A stretch of 64,000 nucleotides of DNA from an archaeon (GCA_024276825.1 JAJRWI010000004.1:1-64000), one strand, 5' to 3'; counted from the stretch's first letter, positions 49,015-60,212 are shown. Notes: generated by a model not told the origin, from the sequence alone. Numbers and translations: made by a program.

Positions 49015-51207
49015 TCACACAAACCCTGGTGGCTCCGCCTTTCTTGGATCCGGTCTTCGTCGGATGACTCTGTCTGCCATCTCCCTGAATCGTTTGATGT
49101 CTTCAGATGCAATGCTCGGTCTGACTTCCTCCATTGCCTTCTTGAAGTGTTCCATTCTAATGGGTTTGGCTTTCCAGTCATCACGGACAGCAGCCATTGC
49201 TGCCTCCCTGCACAATCCTTCAATGTCCGCACCAGAGTATCCCTCGGTCATATTGGCCAATTCCTCTAAATCCACATCATCATGAAGTGGCATGTTCTTG
49301 GTATGCACCTTTAGAATCTCCAGACGGGCATCTCTATCAGGAGGCGGCACAAAGATCACATTATCAAACCTGCCTGGTCTGAGCACCGCAGGGTCAATGA
49401 TATCTGCCCTGTTTGTGGCACCAATCACAAGGACATTCTTGAGACTTTGAATTCCATCGAGTTCCGCAAGGAACTGGTTCACAATCTTTCTGCCAACTCC
49501 AGAGGTCTCATCACGTAGACTTCTTGATGCAAGGATTGCGTCAATCTCGTCAAAGAACAGGACGCATGGAGCCGTCTGTCTGGCCTTCTTGAAGATCTCT
49601 CTGATGGCTCGCTCAGACTCACCGACCCATTTGTTAAACACTTCAGGCCCACGGATTGAGATGAAATTGGCCTCACTTTCGGTTGCCACTGCTTTTGCAA
49701 GTAGGGTCTTGCCAGTACCAGGAGGTCCGAATAGAAGCACTCCCTTTGGAGCTCGGATCCCCATCTCCTTAAACACATCAGAGTGTTTCAATGGTGCTTC
49801 TACTGCCTCCTTAAGCTTCGCCTTGACATCCTTGAGCCCACCGACATCATCCCAATGGACATTTGGCTTCTCAACAAGAACTTCTCTAAGAGCAGATGGT
49901 GAAACCTCTGACACTGCTGACTCAAAGTCTTCCTGAGTGACAAACAGCTGGTTCAATACATCTGATGGTATCTCACCAGTCACCGGGTCCACGTGTGGTA
50001 ATGCACGACGCAGCGCATGCATTGCAGCCTCTCTTGCCAGAGCCGCAAGGTCTGCACCAACGAAACCATGGGTTCTGGCAGCAAGGCTCTCCAGGTTAAC
50101 ATCATCTGCAAGGGGCATTGATCTGGTGTGAATCTCAAGTATCTCCAGTCTTCCCTTCTTGTCAGGAACACCGATCTCGATCTCGCGGTCGAATCTGCCT
50201 GGCCTGCGAAGGGCCTCATCGAGATCATCAGGCCTGTTTGTTGCTCCAATAACAATGACCTGACCTCTTCCTGCCAGGCCATCCATTAGTGCAAGGAGTT
50301 GTGCCACTACTCTTCGTTCCACCTCTCCAGTCACTTCAGACCTCTTTGGAGCAATGCTGTCAATTTCATCAATGAAGATTATGCTTGGAGCATTCTCCTC
50401 TGCCTCTTTGAATATCTCTCTCAGCTTCTGCTCTGATTCACCATAGAATTTGCCCATTATCTCTGGACCATTGATTGTGAGGAAGTTTGCTCCAGCCTCA
50501 TTTGCAACAGCTTTTGCAATCAATGTCTTTCCTGTGCCTGGTGGACCGTGCAATAGCACTCCTTTTGGCGGGGTGATGCCAAGACGCTTGAATAGTGCTG
50601 GTGACTTCATTGGGAGCTCGATCATTTCTCTGATCTTCTGCAGCTCCTTGCTCAAGCCACCAATGTCCTCATAAGTGACAGATGGCGTTGCATAGTCTTC
50701 TGGTGACACAGGCTTCTGCATGACTTCGACTTTGGTGTTCTGGTCAATCTTTGCAAATTTGCTAGGACTCACACTTGTGACCACGAAGTACATCCCGCGT
50801 CCGAGTACTCCAACGACCATCACATCGCCACGAGTCACTGCCCTGTACAATATCCTGTTCTTTATATACTCGTCAAAGCCACGTCCAGTTGGAATTGGTT
50901 CGGTTGGTGCAATGACCACTTTCTGAGCAACAGGTGGTTCTACCTTCCTCACTTCCACCATGTCCATGAGCTTTACACCTGCATTATTACGAATTATGCC
51001 GTCCATTCGAATGATGTCTTCATTCTCATCTTCCATCATTGCAGGCCTGAATGTGGCTATGGTCTCCTTCTGTCCCTTGATCAAGACATAGTCGCCAGTC
51101 CGGAGACCTAATTTCTCTCTCACTCTTGAATTCAATCTTACAAAACCGCGGCCATGGTCTTTGGGAAGGGCCGCGGTCACCTGTAGCTGTATTGACTCCC
51201 CAGTCAT
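49015..51207 (-). CDS. cdc48: CDC48/VCP family AAA+ ATPase
   Basis: N-domain plus two AAA modules (GPPGTGKT x2). Confidence 0.97.
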   Translation of the reverse strand: MTGESIQLQVTAALPKDHGRGFVRLNSRVREKLGLRTGDYVLIKGQKETIATFRPAMMEDENEDIIRMDGIIRNNAGVKLMDMVEVRKVEPPVAQKVVIAPTEPIPTGRGFDEYIKNRILYRAVTRGDVMVVGVLGRGMYFVVTSVSPSKFAKIDQNTKVEVMQKPVSPEDYATPSVTYEDIGGLSKELQKIREMIELPMKSPALFKRLGITPPKGVLLHGPPGTGKTLIAKAVANEAGANFLTINGPEIMGKFYGESEQKLREIFKEAEENAPSIIFIDEIDSIAPKRSEVTGEVERRVVAQLLALMDGLAGRGQVIVIGATNRPDDLDEALRRPGRFDREIEIGVPDKKGRLEILEIHTRSMPLADDVNLESLAARTHGFVGADLAALAREAAMHALRRALPHVDPVTGEIPSDVLNQLFVTQEDFESAVSEVSPSALREVLVEKPNVHWDDVGGLKDVKAKLKEAVEAPLKHSDVFKEMGIRAPKGVLLFGPPGTGKTLLAKAVATESEANFISIRGPEVFNKWVGESERAIREIFKKARQTAPCVLFFDEIDAILASRSLRDETSGVGRKIVNQFLAELDGIQSLKNVLVIGATNRADIIDPAVLRPGRFDNVIFVPPPDRDARLEILKVHTKNMPLHDDVDLEELANMTEGYSGADIEGLCREAAMAAVRDDWKAKPIRMEHFKKAMEEVRPSIASEDIKRFREMADRVIRRRPDPRKAEPPGFV

Positions 51208-51222
51208 CTTCTTTCCCTCCTT

Positions 51223-51666
51223 TTAGATCATCCTGATGCTCCTATACTCGTCATCGTTGCTTTTTGAGTTCTCAGCTTTAAACAGCTCAACCTCGATGGT
51301 CCCGTTTCTGAATGAACCGGTTGACCTCTCTATGTCAACCTCAAAGGGCAACTCAACTGTAATCTCCTTGCCCTCTTCCTCCTCACTAAGTACTCTCATC
51401 TTCTTTCCTCTCACTAGTATTGATGGCTCTTTCTGATATGCAAATCCATCAATGACCACTAGCATCTTGTCGCCGAGTTCTATCTTCTCAACAGATGCCT
51501 TGCTTTCTTCCTTAACTCTTGGTCTTACCTGATTGGTTTCAATGTTTGGAGCACTGGTCGCATGAACTCGTATCTGAAATGCACCATTGCCACCTAGACC
51601 AAAGGAGTTTCCAAAGAATCTCTCTATTATCTCTCGAAACATTCTGTCAAACTCATCTTCTATCAT
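51223..51666 (-). CDS. Small heat shock protein (Hsp20 family)
   Basis: MIEDEFDRMFRE..., VELP..VD...S.G.FRNGTIEV; canonical position upstream of cdc48. Confidence 0.75.
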   Translation of the reverse strand: MIEDEFDRMFREIIERFFGNSFGLGGNGAFQIRVHATSAPNIETNQVRPRVKEESKASVEKIELGDKMLVVIDGFAYQKEPSILVRGKKMRVLSEEEEGKEITVELPFEVDIERSTGSFRNGTIEVELFKAENSKSNDDEYRSIRMI

Positions 51667-51890
51667 AGCTATCAACCTCCTTTGGGGAAGCCCAGGCGGC
51701 AGATGCCGCCTCAGAATCACTTGGGCTTCTTTTTGTGCGTGTTAGCTAGTGGGACTAAAGCCCTTTTGGTATATTAGTGCTAGGGACCTTTTGGTATATA
51801 AGGTTTACGTTTGCTCAAGAATACATCTGGTCTGTGCTTCACTGAAGGATGAAAAACGAAAGGTTAACGTTTAGGACTGAATTATAATGT

Positions 51891-53282
51891 TCAATCAACA
51901 GTGATGTTTTCTTTTCTTAAGATGTCCCTTGCAATTATGACACCTGATACTGAAGCCTGCATCAGCCCTCGCGTCAGTCCTGCACCATCGCCAGCAACAT
52001 AGAGGTTTTTGATCTCAGTTTCGAGATATTCATTCGTTCTCAATCGTGTCGAATAAAACTTGACTTCAACCCCGTAAAGTAAAGTTCCATCATCAGCAAC
52101 GCCTGGACAGAGTTTGTCAAGGGCATCGATCATTTCAAGTATGGAACTAAGATGTCTATATGGCAGGGCGAAGCTGAGGTCGCCAGGACAAGCACTTGGT
52201 AATGTGGGTTTTACAGCACTTCGTGAAATTCTCTCAGCAGTACTTCTTTTTCCTCTTCGAAGATCTGCTAGTCTTTGAACGAGAACACCATCTCCAAGCA
52301 TGTTTGCAAGTCCTGCAATTGAACTTCCATACCTGATCGGCTCGTTGAACGGTGCAGTGAACTTGGTTGATACAAGAAGTGCAAAGTTTGTATTGCCAGT
52401 CTTCTCATTGGCAAAGGACTGTCCATTGACAGTGAGGATGTCTTCATAATACTCAGTCGTAATCACACCCCCAGGATTGAAGCAGAACAGTCTGACCTTA
52501 TCATCGAACTGTTTTGAGTAATAGATGAGTTTAGGTTCATAGAGTGCCTTGGCAATATCTTCCATCACTGGTGCTGGGATCTCCACTCGCACACCAATGT
52601 CTACGTAGTTGTTCTCCTGAGAGAGAAACAGTCTGTCAGCTTGACTCTTGAGCCATTGACTGCCTACCCTGCCTGGAGCCGCTATGACATATTTTGAAGT
52701 TATCCTTGTGCCTCCGTTAGTGTCAAGACCCTGGACCAGCGAACCATTAACATGAAGGTCCTTGGCCTCTGTATTGAATTGAATCTCGACATTTTTGGCC
52801 AGATCATTAAACATTTTACTCATGACCTCAATGCAGCCCTCCCTGCCCATATGACGGACTCTCTGAGGTATGAGTTCCATGCCCACTAGAGCAGCCCTTC
52901 TTGAATATTCATCAATGGCATCCTGATCTGCTCCGAATACTTTTTCGGGCGCTCCATACTTGATGTAAATGTCGTCAACATACTTCATCAGTTCTAGAAG
53001 TCTTTCCTCTCCAATAATCTCATCCAGCCACCCGCCAACTCTAGTGGAGAAAGTGAGCTTGCCATCTGAAAAGGCTCCTGCACCACCCCACCCCGCCAAG
53101 ATATGGCAGGGGTTGCATTTCTTACATCCTCTGGCCATCGTAGAATTTGGACAGTGCCTCTTTTTAATGTCCTTGCCCTTCTCTATCATTACTATTCTTA
53201 GATCCTGCTTGTGCTTTATCAGCTCGAGCGCACAAAAGATTCCGGCTGGACCACTACCGACGATCGCTACATCAAATTCCAA
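51891..53282 (-). CDS. FAD-dependent oxidoreductase
   Basis: VGSGPAG, GWGGAGAFSDGK, GDGAGLTRG. Confidence 0.85.
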   Translation of the reverse strand: MEFDVAIVGSGPAGIFCALELIKHKQDLRIVMIEKGKDIKKRHCPNSTMARGCKKCNPCHILAGWGGAGAFSDGKLTFSTRVGGWLDEIIGEERLLELMKYVDDIYIKYGAPEKVFGADQDAIDEYSRRAALVGMELIPQRVRHMGREGCIEVMSKMFNDLAKNVEIQFNTEAKDLHVNGSLVQGLDTNGGTRITSKYVIAAPGRVGSQWLKSQADRLFLSQENNYVDIGVRVEIPAPVMEDIAKALYEPKLIYYSKQFDDKVRLFCFNPGGVITTEYYEDILTVNGQSFANEKTGNTNFALLVSTKFTAPFNEPIRYGSSIAGLANMLGDGVLVQRLADLRRGKRSTAERISRSAVKPTLPSACPGDLSFALPYRHLSSILEMIDALDKLCPGVADDGTLLYGVEVKFYSTRLRTNEYLETEIKNLYVAGDGAGLTRGLMQASVSGVIIARDILRKENITVD

Positions 53283-53410
53283 AGTAGAACGCTCCAGATA
53301 ATTGGCTCCGGGTCAATCGCAACTAATGTGAATGATTCTTAAGGCTTTGCGTTCATTGCAAAACTTCGACCATACCTCAAAGATTTAACTAGGATGGACA
53401 CATTCAAAGA

Positions 53411-54334
53411 TTGGTGCTAGAAATGGCAAATTGCTCCCTCTGTGGTGCCGAAACCACTGCCTTCATTTGTCCCTACTGTAAAAGCGTGTTTTGCTTTGAA
53501 CACAAATTGCCAGAGAGCCATGGATGTCCGGCATTTCAAATGACTCAGGCTCCAGGAATTATAGATAATGAAGAATATGAAGAGCCTGAGCCATCACGAG
53601 TTTCTCGCTTTCGGCCAAGAAAGAAGCAAATTCAGTCCCGGTCCATTCCATATCGCGGATCAAGAAGAAAGACTAGGTTTTCAGAAAGGGAGAAGAAAGA
53701 CCTTTTAATTGCATCAATTCTTGTGATACTGGTCAGCATATCCATGATGGGCTTTGGTCGTGGAGGAATCATTAGTGCTATTGCCAGTCTTTATGTATTA
53801 GTTATGTCGGGCTTTTGGTGGGCTCCAGTCATCACCAGTTCTATCTTCCTCTTTTCGTTTATGGCACATGAGATGGCACACAAGTTTACGGCGCAGAAGT
53901 ATGGAATGTGGAGCGAGTTTCGAATGACAGTTTCTGGCTATTATCTCTCTCTCATTGCGATTCTATTCTCATTTCCAATTTTTGGCACAGGTGCAGTATT
54001 CACTAGTGGGACTGCAAGTGAGGATGAAATTGCCAAGAGTAATCTTGCTGGCCCCCTCACGAATTTTGTGATAGCCTCGATTTTGTCTGTTGTGATCATA
54101 TTAGCAGTAGGAGCCCTTGGAAGTCCCAGTTCAAGTTATGCATTGTATGTGTTCATTGCAATGGTGAACTTTGGAGTCATTCTAAATGGTTGGCTTGGTC
54201 TATTCAACATGATTCCTTTTCAGCCCTTTGATGGTGGTACCGTGTTCGCATGGAACAGAGTTGTATGGGCAGTACTAACAATTGGACTTGTATTTCTCAT
54301 GATTCTGGGATATCTGATCTTTCCAGCGCTATAA
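53411..54334 (+). CDS. AN1-type zinc finger fused to site-2 (M50) intramembrane protease
   Basis: CxxC..CxxC...C..H....H.C; HEMAH; AGP; NMIP..PFDG. Confidence 0.85.
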   Translation: MVLEMANCSLCGAETTAFICPYCKSVFCFEHKLPESHGCPAFQMTQAPGIIDNEEYEEPEPSRVSRFRPRKKQIQSRSIPYRGSRRKTRFSEREKKDLLIASILVILVSISMMGFGRGGIISAIASLYVLVMSGFWWAPVITSSIFLFSFMAHEMAHKFTAQKYGMWSEFRMTVSGYYLSLIAILFSFPIFGTGAVFTSGTASEDEIAKSNLAGPLTNFVIASILSVVIILAVGALGSPSSSYALYVFIAMVNFGVILNGWLGLFNMIPFQPFDGGTVFAWNRVVWAVLTIGLVFLMILGYLIFPAL

Positions 54335-54417
54335 TCTAAGCCTGCATAAAATATTACCATGGTTTATAGTATTCATCGTGTTGTTCATCTTATTATCTCA
54401 GATGAGGGACCATACGA

Positions 54418-55935
54418 TTGATGCTAACCACTCACGACTCTCATGTCATCGAACTCTCCATTTCGGAATGGTTCTATCGAAATCGGAATATTGCGGGTTT
54501 TGATAATCCTGCAAGATCACTCTACGTTTCAATCAGAGAGATAGTTGAGAATGCATTGGACGCCTGCGAGTCAGCGGGAGTCCTACCAGGTGTAAGAGTG
54601 ACTCTATCTCCTGCCTTTAGACTGGACACTGAGATTGGAATTAACACGGGACCCCAGGTCTTCACTCTGACCGTCTCAGATAACGGTTCGGGAATAAAGC
54701 GGGACCATATTCCCAAGTTGATTGGCAAAATGCTGTCTGGTACAAAGTTCCAGAATCAACAGAGTCGCGGCACTTTTGGTCTCGGTGGAAGTCTTGCATT
54801 ACTCTATGGTCAGATCACCACTCAATCACCAATTGTTGTCAAGACGGGTTGTTCAGGCGAAGACTGCTATCATCATCTCTCATTGAAGCTAGACATCGAG
54901 AAAAACAAGCCACTCATCCTTGAAGAGACCATACATACAAAACCTATTCATGAACATGGAACAACAATCTCATTCAATCTTCGTGGCGACTGGTTCAGAA
55001 GTAAAAGAAGAATCATTGACTATTTTCATCAGACCAGCATCATTGTGCCATATGCTTCAATTCGGTTTGACACTCCCGATGGTGAGAGCTTGAAGTTTCC
55101 AAGACTGGTAGAGCAGCTACCTCCAGCTCCGAGAGCAACCAAGCCCCACCCCCGCGGTATTGATGTGGAGATGCTGAAACAGATGATAAACACCACCAAG
55201 AGAAGCACATTATTGAAATTCATGACCTCAAGTTTTCAGAGTATTGGGGTCTCAACAGCAAAGAAGTTCTTTGAATTTGCAAAGATTGATCCTGAGAGAG
55301 CTCCCAAGTCCCTGACATCTGAAGAACTGATCAATCTCATGGCTGCCTTTGAAATCTATGACAAGTTTAGGCCACCCTCCTCTCGTTCACTATCACCTGC
55401 GGGCGAAAAAGTCCTGAAGGCGGGTCTCACCAGAATCAGTCCCGAGTTCATTGTTGTCAGGCAGCGACCTCCGAATGTGCATGGTGGTCATCCATTCATA
55501 ATTGAAGTTGGCGTTGCATATGGTGGTGGCATTAGTCCTGGAATCTGCTTACTCAGATTCGCCAACAGAATCCCACTACTCTATGATGAGCGGAATGATG
55601 TTGCCAACCGTGTAATTCGCGAATTGAACTTGCGAAACTATGGGCTGAAGCAAGATGATCCCCTCACTTTCCTTGTTCATATCTGCAGCACTCGAATACC
55701 CTACAAGACAGTCGGCAAGGAGTTCATTGCAGATGTGGATGTGATTCGCAGAGAAATAGACCTTGGATTCAAAGACTGTCTTCGACGATTGGGTGACATG
55801 GTGAGAAGAAAGACAAGGACAATGCGCGTGCGTGCACGTGAGAATCGACTTATGAAATACTACCAGTTTATTGCTGAAACTCTTGGAGAAGCGGTGAGTC
55901 GACCAGTAAGCATTGAGCGTCTGTTTGGAGAGTGA
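54418..55935 (+). CDS. top6B: DNA topoisomerase VI subunit B (divergent)
   Basis: EIVENALDA, DNGSGI, QSRG.FGLG, KPHP.G, RFANRIPL. Confidence 0.9.
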   Translation: MMLTTHDSHVIELSISEWFYRNRNIAGFDNPARSLYVSIREIVENALDACESAGVLPGVRVTLSPAFRLDTEIGINTGPQVFTLTVSDNGSGIKRDHIPKLIGKMLSGTKFQNQQSRGTFGLGGSLALLYGQITTQSPIVVKTGCSGEDCYHHLSLKLDIEKNKPLILEETIHTKPIHEHGTTISFNLRGDWFRSKRRIIDYFHQTSIIVPYASIRFDTPDGESLKFPRLVEQLPPAPRATKPHPRGIDVEMLKQMINTTKRSTLLKFMTSSFQSIGVSTAKKFFEFAKIDPERAPKSLTSEELINLMAAFEIYDKFRPPSSRSLSPAGEKVLKAGLTRISPEFIVVRQRPPNVHGGHPFIIEVGVAYGGGISPGICLLRFANRIPLLYDERNDVANRVIRELNLRNYGLKQDDPLTFLVHICSTRIPYKTVGKEFIADVDVIRREIDLGFKDCLRRLGDMVRRKTRTMRVRARENRLMKYYQFIAETLGEAVSRPVSIERLFGE

Positions 55936-55939
55936 AACA

Positions 55940-57076
55940 ATGGCAGATTTCGGACTGAACAGAGAGGTGCTTGATCTAATAGATAATATATTGGAGACCT
56001 TGGCTGAAACAGTGGAGGATGGAGCATTCCCACAGATTGGTTATTATGGCTCTTCGAAAAAGAATGTGAAGTACTCTCCAGAAATGGGATACAAACACAT
56101 TGACTCCGTGCCCTCCATCATCGACGGCAGAAAAGTGGAGAGTGCAAAGACGATTGCTGGACTTGTATACGGGATGACACGCTTCAAGGAGCATCTTGAG
56201 CAGGGCATGTCCATGTCATTAAGAGATTTTTATTATATGCACAAGGTCAAGCATGTTCAGGACATTCTGAAGATTTCTAATCAGAACGAAACAAATCGAC
56301 TGATCAACCTCTGTGAGAGAATTCTTAGGATACGTGGGAAATTTGTCCCACGCGAAGAATTTGGAGTTGTCAGTTCTCCCAAAGGTACGTTCTATGGTGA
56401 TGTCACTCTACAAGATCTGTCAGGCAAGGTAATCAACTGCACAAGCACTGGCGAATATGGATGGTTCATCTCATCAAGACCGTTTGAGGTCAAGATTCAC
56501 AATATCAACATTGATGCTGCCATTTTTGTTGAGAAGGAAGCCATGGCACGAAACCTGATCGAACTTGGAATACCTGAAGAGCTCAAGGTTGGAGTCGGCG
56601 CTCTATTTGGCCAGCCAGGAAGAAACATGCGGGCTTGGATTCGCAGATTGGCCGATGAAGAAATTCCAATTCTTGTGCTTGTTGACATGTCCCCGTGGTC
56701 ACTTAGAATATTCTCTACAATAAAGAGCAATTCAATCGAACTTGCCAATATCAGCGGTATTTCTACACCCGAGGCAAAACTAATCGGTCTAGCAACACAA
56801 GACTTCTGGGGGCGAAAAGGACTTCTTAAGGACATCAATCACTCTCTTGAGGCCATGTCGAAGTCTGACATCAAGTGTGCGCAGCAAAACAAAAACATTC
56901 CTGCAATTGGTCAGGACCCAATACTCTCGCATGAGAATCAGGTCATGCTTAAGAATCGCAAGAAGGGCGAACTAGAGGCCTTCAAAGCATTTGGACTTCC
57001 TCTCGCAAAACTCAGACAGAAATACATTGAATACATTATAATCAAGGCACGCGAAAATGATGTTTCACTAAAATAG
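55940..57076 (+). CDS. top6A: DNA topoisomerase VI subunit A/Spo11-like (divergent)
   Basis: SLRDFYY catalytic Tyr, VEKEA, GQP; DxD appears as DMS. Confidence 0.75.
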   Translation: MADFGLNREVLDLIDNILETLAETVEDGAFPQIGYYGSSKKNVKYSPEMGYKHIDSVPSIIDGRKVESAKTIAGLVYGMTRFKEHLEQGMSMSLRDFYYMHKVKHVQDILKISNQNETNRLINLCERILRIRGKFVPREEFGVVSSPKGTFYGDVTLQDLSGKVINCTSTGEYGWFISSRPFEVKIHNINIDAAIFVEKEAMARNLIELGIPEELKVGVGALFGQPGRNMRAWIRRLADEEIPILVLVDMSPWSLRIFSTIKSNSIELANISGISTPEAKLIGLATQDFWGRKGLLKDINHSLEAMSKSDIKCAQQNKNIPAIGQDPILSHENQVMLKNRKKGELEAFKAFGLPLAKLRQKYIEYIIIKARENDVSLK

Positions 57077-57115
57077 GAAAATGTGTTCATAAATTGTTAT
57101 AAGTGAAAAAGCGCC

Positions 57116-57862
57116 TTGGCATTTGAGGAGAGACATATGTCTGCAGAGAGAGAGCAACTAGTTACAGCCATGGATGACCTGAAGGAGAAGATTATCAAGC
57201 TGATTGATGAATGTGAACGACTGGAGAAAGAAAATGAAGAGTTACGCTCCGCCCGAAGAAAGGCTGAAGAAGAGGTCTGGGCTGTTAAAGAGGAATTGAA
57301 GACAAAGACCGAGGAGTTGCAGACAGAACTTGATTCCGTCAACTCTCAACTTGAAGAGGCAAAGGGAACAATTGAAAGTCAGAAGTCTGAGATTGATGAG
57401 GCAACTAAAACAATAGAGTCATTGAAGTCTGAAATTGAAACTCTCAAGTCGGAACTTGAAGAAGCAAAGAAGTCAAGCGAGTCAGCTTTTGAAGAGATTA
57501 CGAGGGAACGCGACGAACTCAGGGCAGAGCTGGACGAGATCAACTCAAAATTGCAACGGGTTTCAGAGCTTTATCGTGAAACAGCTGCAGAGAAGGCAAA
57601 ACTTGAGGAGAAAGTGGATGTCAGTGATCTCCTTGCAATCTATATCATGCTCATTGAAACGGTATTTTATGGAAAGCCGCATGCGCGAATTCTATATACA
57701 CTTCACAATACCAAGAAACCAATCACTCGCAGAAATATTGCATCAAGCACTGGCATTCAACCAGCAGTGGTACAGAAGGCTATCTTCGACCTTGTAAATG
57801 CTGGTCTGGTCAGCTATGATGAAGAAACGCAAGAGGCAAGACTAATCAAAGAAATAATGTAG
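57116..57862 (+). CDS. Coiled-coil protein with C-terminal winged helix
   Basis: ~160 aa of heptads then ITRRNIASSTGI...V..AIFDL...GLV. Confidence 0.7.
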   Translation: MAFEERHMSAEREQLVTAMDDLKEKIIKLIDECERLEKENEELRSARRKAEEEVWAVKEELKTKTEELQTELDSVNSQLEEAKGTIESQKSEIDEATKTIESLKSEIETLKSELEEAKKSSESAFEEITRERDELRAELDEINSKLQRVSELYRETAAEKAKLEEKVDVSDLLAIYIMLIETVFYGKPHARILYTLHNTKKPITRRNIASSTGIQPAVVQKAIFDLVNAGLVSYDEETQEARLIKEIM

Positions 57863-57880
57863 AACAAAGGAGAAAGTGTA

Positions 57881-58876
57881 TTGGGCAAAAGAGTTGTGTA
57901 TCCTCCTGAATTGAAGAAATATGTCCAGAAGTATAATCTGCAAGAAAAGATGAGGTCAATCCTCGGTCTTCTAGGAACCGAGGCTCAAGATATAGTGAAC
58001 TGGGCTGCAAAAGAGGTAAAGGCAGAGTCCTCTAAAGGCAAGACTGATGTTGGAAGGAAAATCTTTCAGAAAATCGCTCGGGAAGCAGCAATCCGTCTAG
58101 TTCAGCAGAATCATCGGCGTGGCAAGATTACAACAAAGGCAGAGGTCAAAAAGAGGACAGGAATTCAAGTTGAGATGCCAGTCTTGTACAAAGATGCGGG
58201 TTTCAGGCATCCTCAAGAGGCTAGAAACCTACGACACAATATCTTTCACCAAGCCTTCCTTGCTCTCGTCATGACATACTTTCCTGATGTCCACACATGG
58301 GTGCCAGTGACAGGGCAGGGTTCACTCACTCCTGACTTGATTGTTGAACACGAAGATCCCAAATGGACGATTGCTGTTGAATACAAGGGCTATCGAAATG
58401 TGACCCTTTTGAGTGAATCTGAAATTCTGAAAGGAATGCGATATCAAAAAGTGTATGGTACAGCATGGCTAGTCACTTCAACAGAGAAGAGTGTTCATAG
58501 ATTGTATGGCCGATCACTGAATTCTGAGAGTCTAATAGATCAAGGAATTGAACGTCTTCAGCGCATTCTGAAAAAGAAGGCTTATACTTCTGAGCAAAAG
58601 GAGAATAGGGGAATTGCAAGAAAGGGACTGAAGCATCTTGAAAAGCACAGGGGTATTAACATACGATGCAAGATGATTTCTGCTGAAGAATTGATAGAAT
58701 CATGTCGAAATGGCCGCCCCCTTAAGGGTCTAGCAATCACTACGGGCATGGAATTGGTAGAAATGCTCCGTGGGGCTGGTCTTGATGAGCATGCTGACAA
58801 CATCTTACGTGTGATGAAGTCTCCAACTCGATTAGTCCACAGCGAGAGTGTTACTTCTATGCGTTTGATTGAATGA
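57881..58876 (+). CDS. Putative PD-(D/E)XK nuclease domain protein
   Basis: TPDLIV...AVEYKG...Y motif. Confidence 0.55.
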   Translation: MGKRVVYPPELKKYVQKYNLQEKMRSILGLLGTEAQDIVNWAAKEVKAESSKGKTDVGRKIFQKIAREAAIRLVQQNHRRGKITTKAEVKKRTGIQVEMPVLYKDAGFRHPQEARNLRHNIFHQAFLALVMTYFPDVHTWVPVTGQGSLTPDLIVEHEDPKWTIAVEYKGYRNVTLLSESEILKGMRYQKVYGTAWLVTSTEKSVHRLYGRSLNSESLIDQGIERLQRILKKKAYTSEQKENRGIARKGLKHLEKHRGINIRCKMISAEELIESCRNGRPLKGLAITTGMELVEMLRGAGLDEHADNILRVMKSPTRLVHSESVTSMRLIE

Positions 58877-58994
58877 AAACCTCGAATCATTAAGTAACAC
58901 AAGACTTGATAGCAAGTTATTCAAAGGATACTTGATATGCTTACATGCAACAGGCTTAAGTAAAGCTCTTATAAGAAAAGCAGGGGTTTCAACC

Positions 58995-59387
58995 TTGATA
59001 CAGGATGAGAATGACGAACTCCAAGGGCAGTTGAAGAGACTCCTCACCGAGTTTGCAAATAACACTCCTATTCTTGGAGCTGCAATTCTTTCTGTTGAAG
59101 GCCTGCCTTTGGTCAGTAATTTTCAAGCGGGCACGGAAGAAGTGGCTGTTGCTGCAATGGTTGCTGGGATTCATTCCGCCAGTGAGCAAGCTGTACAGGA
59201 GCTTCGTCAGGGAAACCTCAAGTCAATAATTATTGAGGGCGATCAAGGGACCATTGTAATCATATCAATTCGCGGTGGCTATTTACTGGCAATCACTTCT
59301 CCTGAAAATGTACGACTTGGGCTGGTCTTTAACGATGGAAAGCGCGTTGCCCGTAATGCAGCAAAGATCCTACTAAACATTGGTTGA
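58995..59387 (+). CDS. Roadblock/LC7 domain protein
   Basis: AILSVEGLP, VAAMVA, EL.QG.L..IIIEG..G, RLGLVF. Confidence 0.88.
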   Translation: MIQDENDELQGQLKRLLTEFANNTPILGAAILSVEGLPLVSNFQAGTEEVAVAAMVAGIHSASEQAVQELRQGNLKSIIIEGDQGTIVIISIRGGYLLAITSPENVRLGLVFNDGKRVARNAAKILLNIG

Positions 59388-59396
59388 GATGCAATC

Positions 59397-60212
59397 ATGA
59401 GATATCCCTTTGATTTTCACCCCTGCTGGGCTAAAGACAGACGTCATCTGTGGGAGCGCATTCATCTTCCAGTTGCGCCCAAATGCAATGCAAAATGCTT
59501 CTTCTGTGACCATAATGTTGGTGCCTCTTGCCATTTTCCAAAGCCTGGCAGAGCAAACAGGGTAATGACCGTTGATGAAGCTATTACTGTTTTGAAACGC
59601 GAGTTGTCAAGCAGGCCAAATCTTCGAATAGTTGCGGTTTCGGGTCCTGGCGAACCTCTATACAATCCAGAGTTCTATGAATTAATGAAAGCAGTTAAGG
59701 AGATAGACGCTGAGCTCAAACTTTGCACCAGCACAAATGGCATCTTACTACATAATGCAATCGAAAGTCTACTGGATCTTGGTATTTCAACAGTGTCCAT
59801 ATCGGTTCATACTCTGTCAATCGATACCGCACAGAGTATTTATGAATGGGCCATAATTGATGGTGTGCGGCTTTCAGGTGTGGAAATGGCTCATGAGCTT
59901 ATAAGGAAGCAAAGACAGGGAATATCTGCAGCTGTGGACTCTGGAATCCATGTTAAGGTGAATACTATTTTAATTCCTGGCGTGAATAATGATCAGATGG
60001 CACATATTGCTTCTGAACTGTCGGGAATGGGTGTGAGATTACAAAACATTGTACCCCTTGTCCCACTTGGGAATTGTACACCTGGCCGACCAACCCATGA
60101 TGAACTAATGGCAGCACGATTGAGTGCATCTCATCACATTAAACAGTTCTATCATTGCAAGCAATGTAGAAGTGATGTTGTAGGAATTCCTGGAAATGAT
60201 GTCATTCTTTAG
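59397..60212 (+). CDS. NifB-like radical SAM protein
   Basis: HPC, RIHLPVAPKCNAKCFFC, SGPGEP, CKQCRSD. Confidence 0.8.
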   Translation: MRYPFDFHPCWAKDRRHLWERIHLPVAPKCNAKCFFCDHNVGASCHFPKPGRANRVMTVDEAITVLKRELSSRPNLRIVAVSGPGEPLYNPEFYELMKAVKEIDAELKLCTSTNGILLHNAIESLLDLGISTVSISVHTLSIDTAQSIYEWAIIDGVRLSGVEMAHELIRKQRQGISAAVDSGIHVKVNTILIPGVNNDQMAHIASELSGMGVRLQNIVPLVPLGNCTPGRPTHDELMAARLSASHHIKQFYHCKQCRSDVVGIPGNDVIL

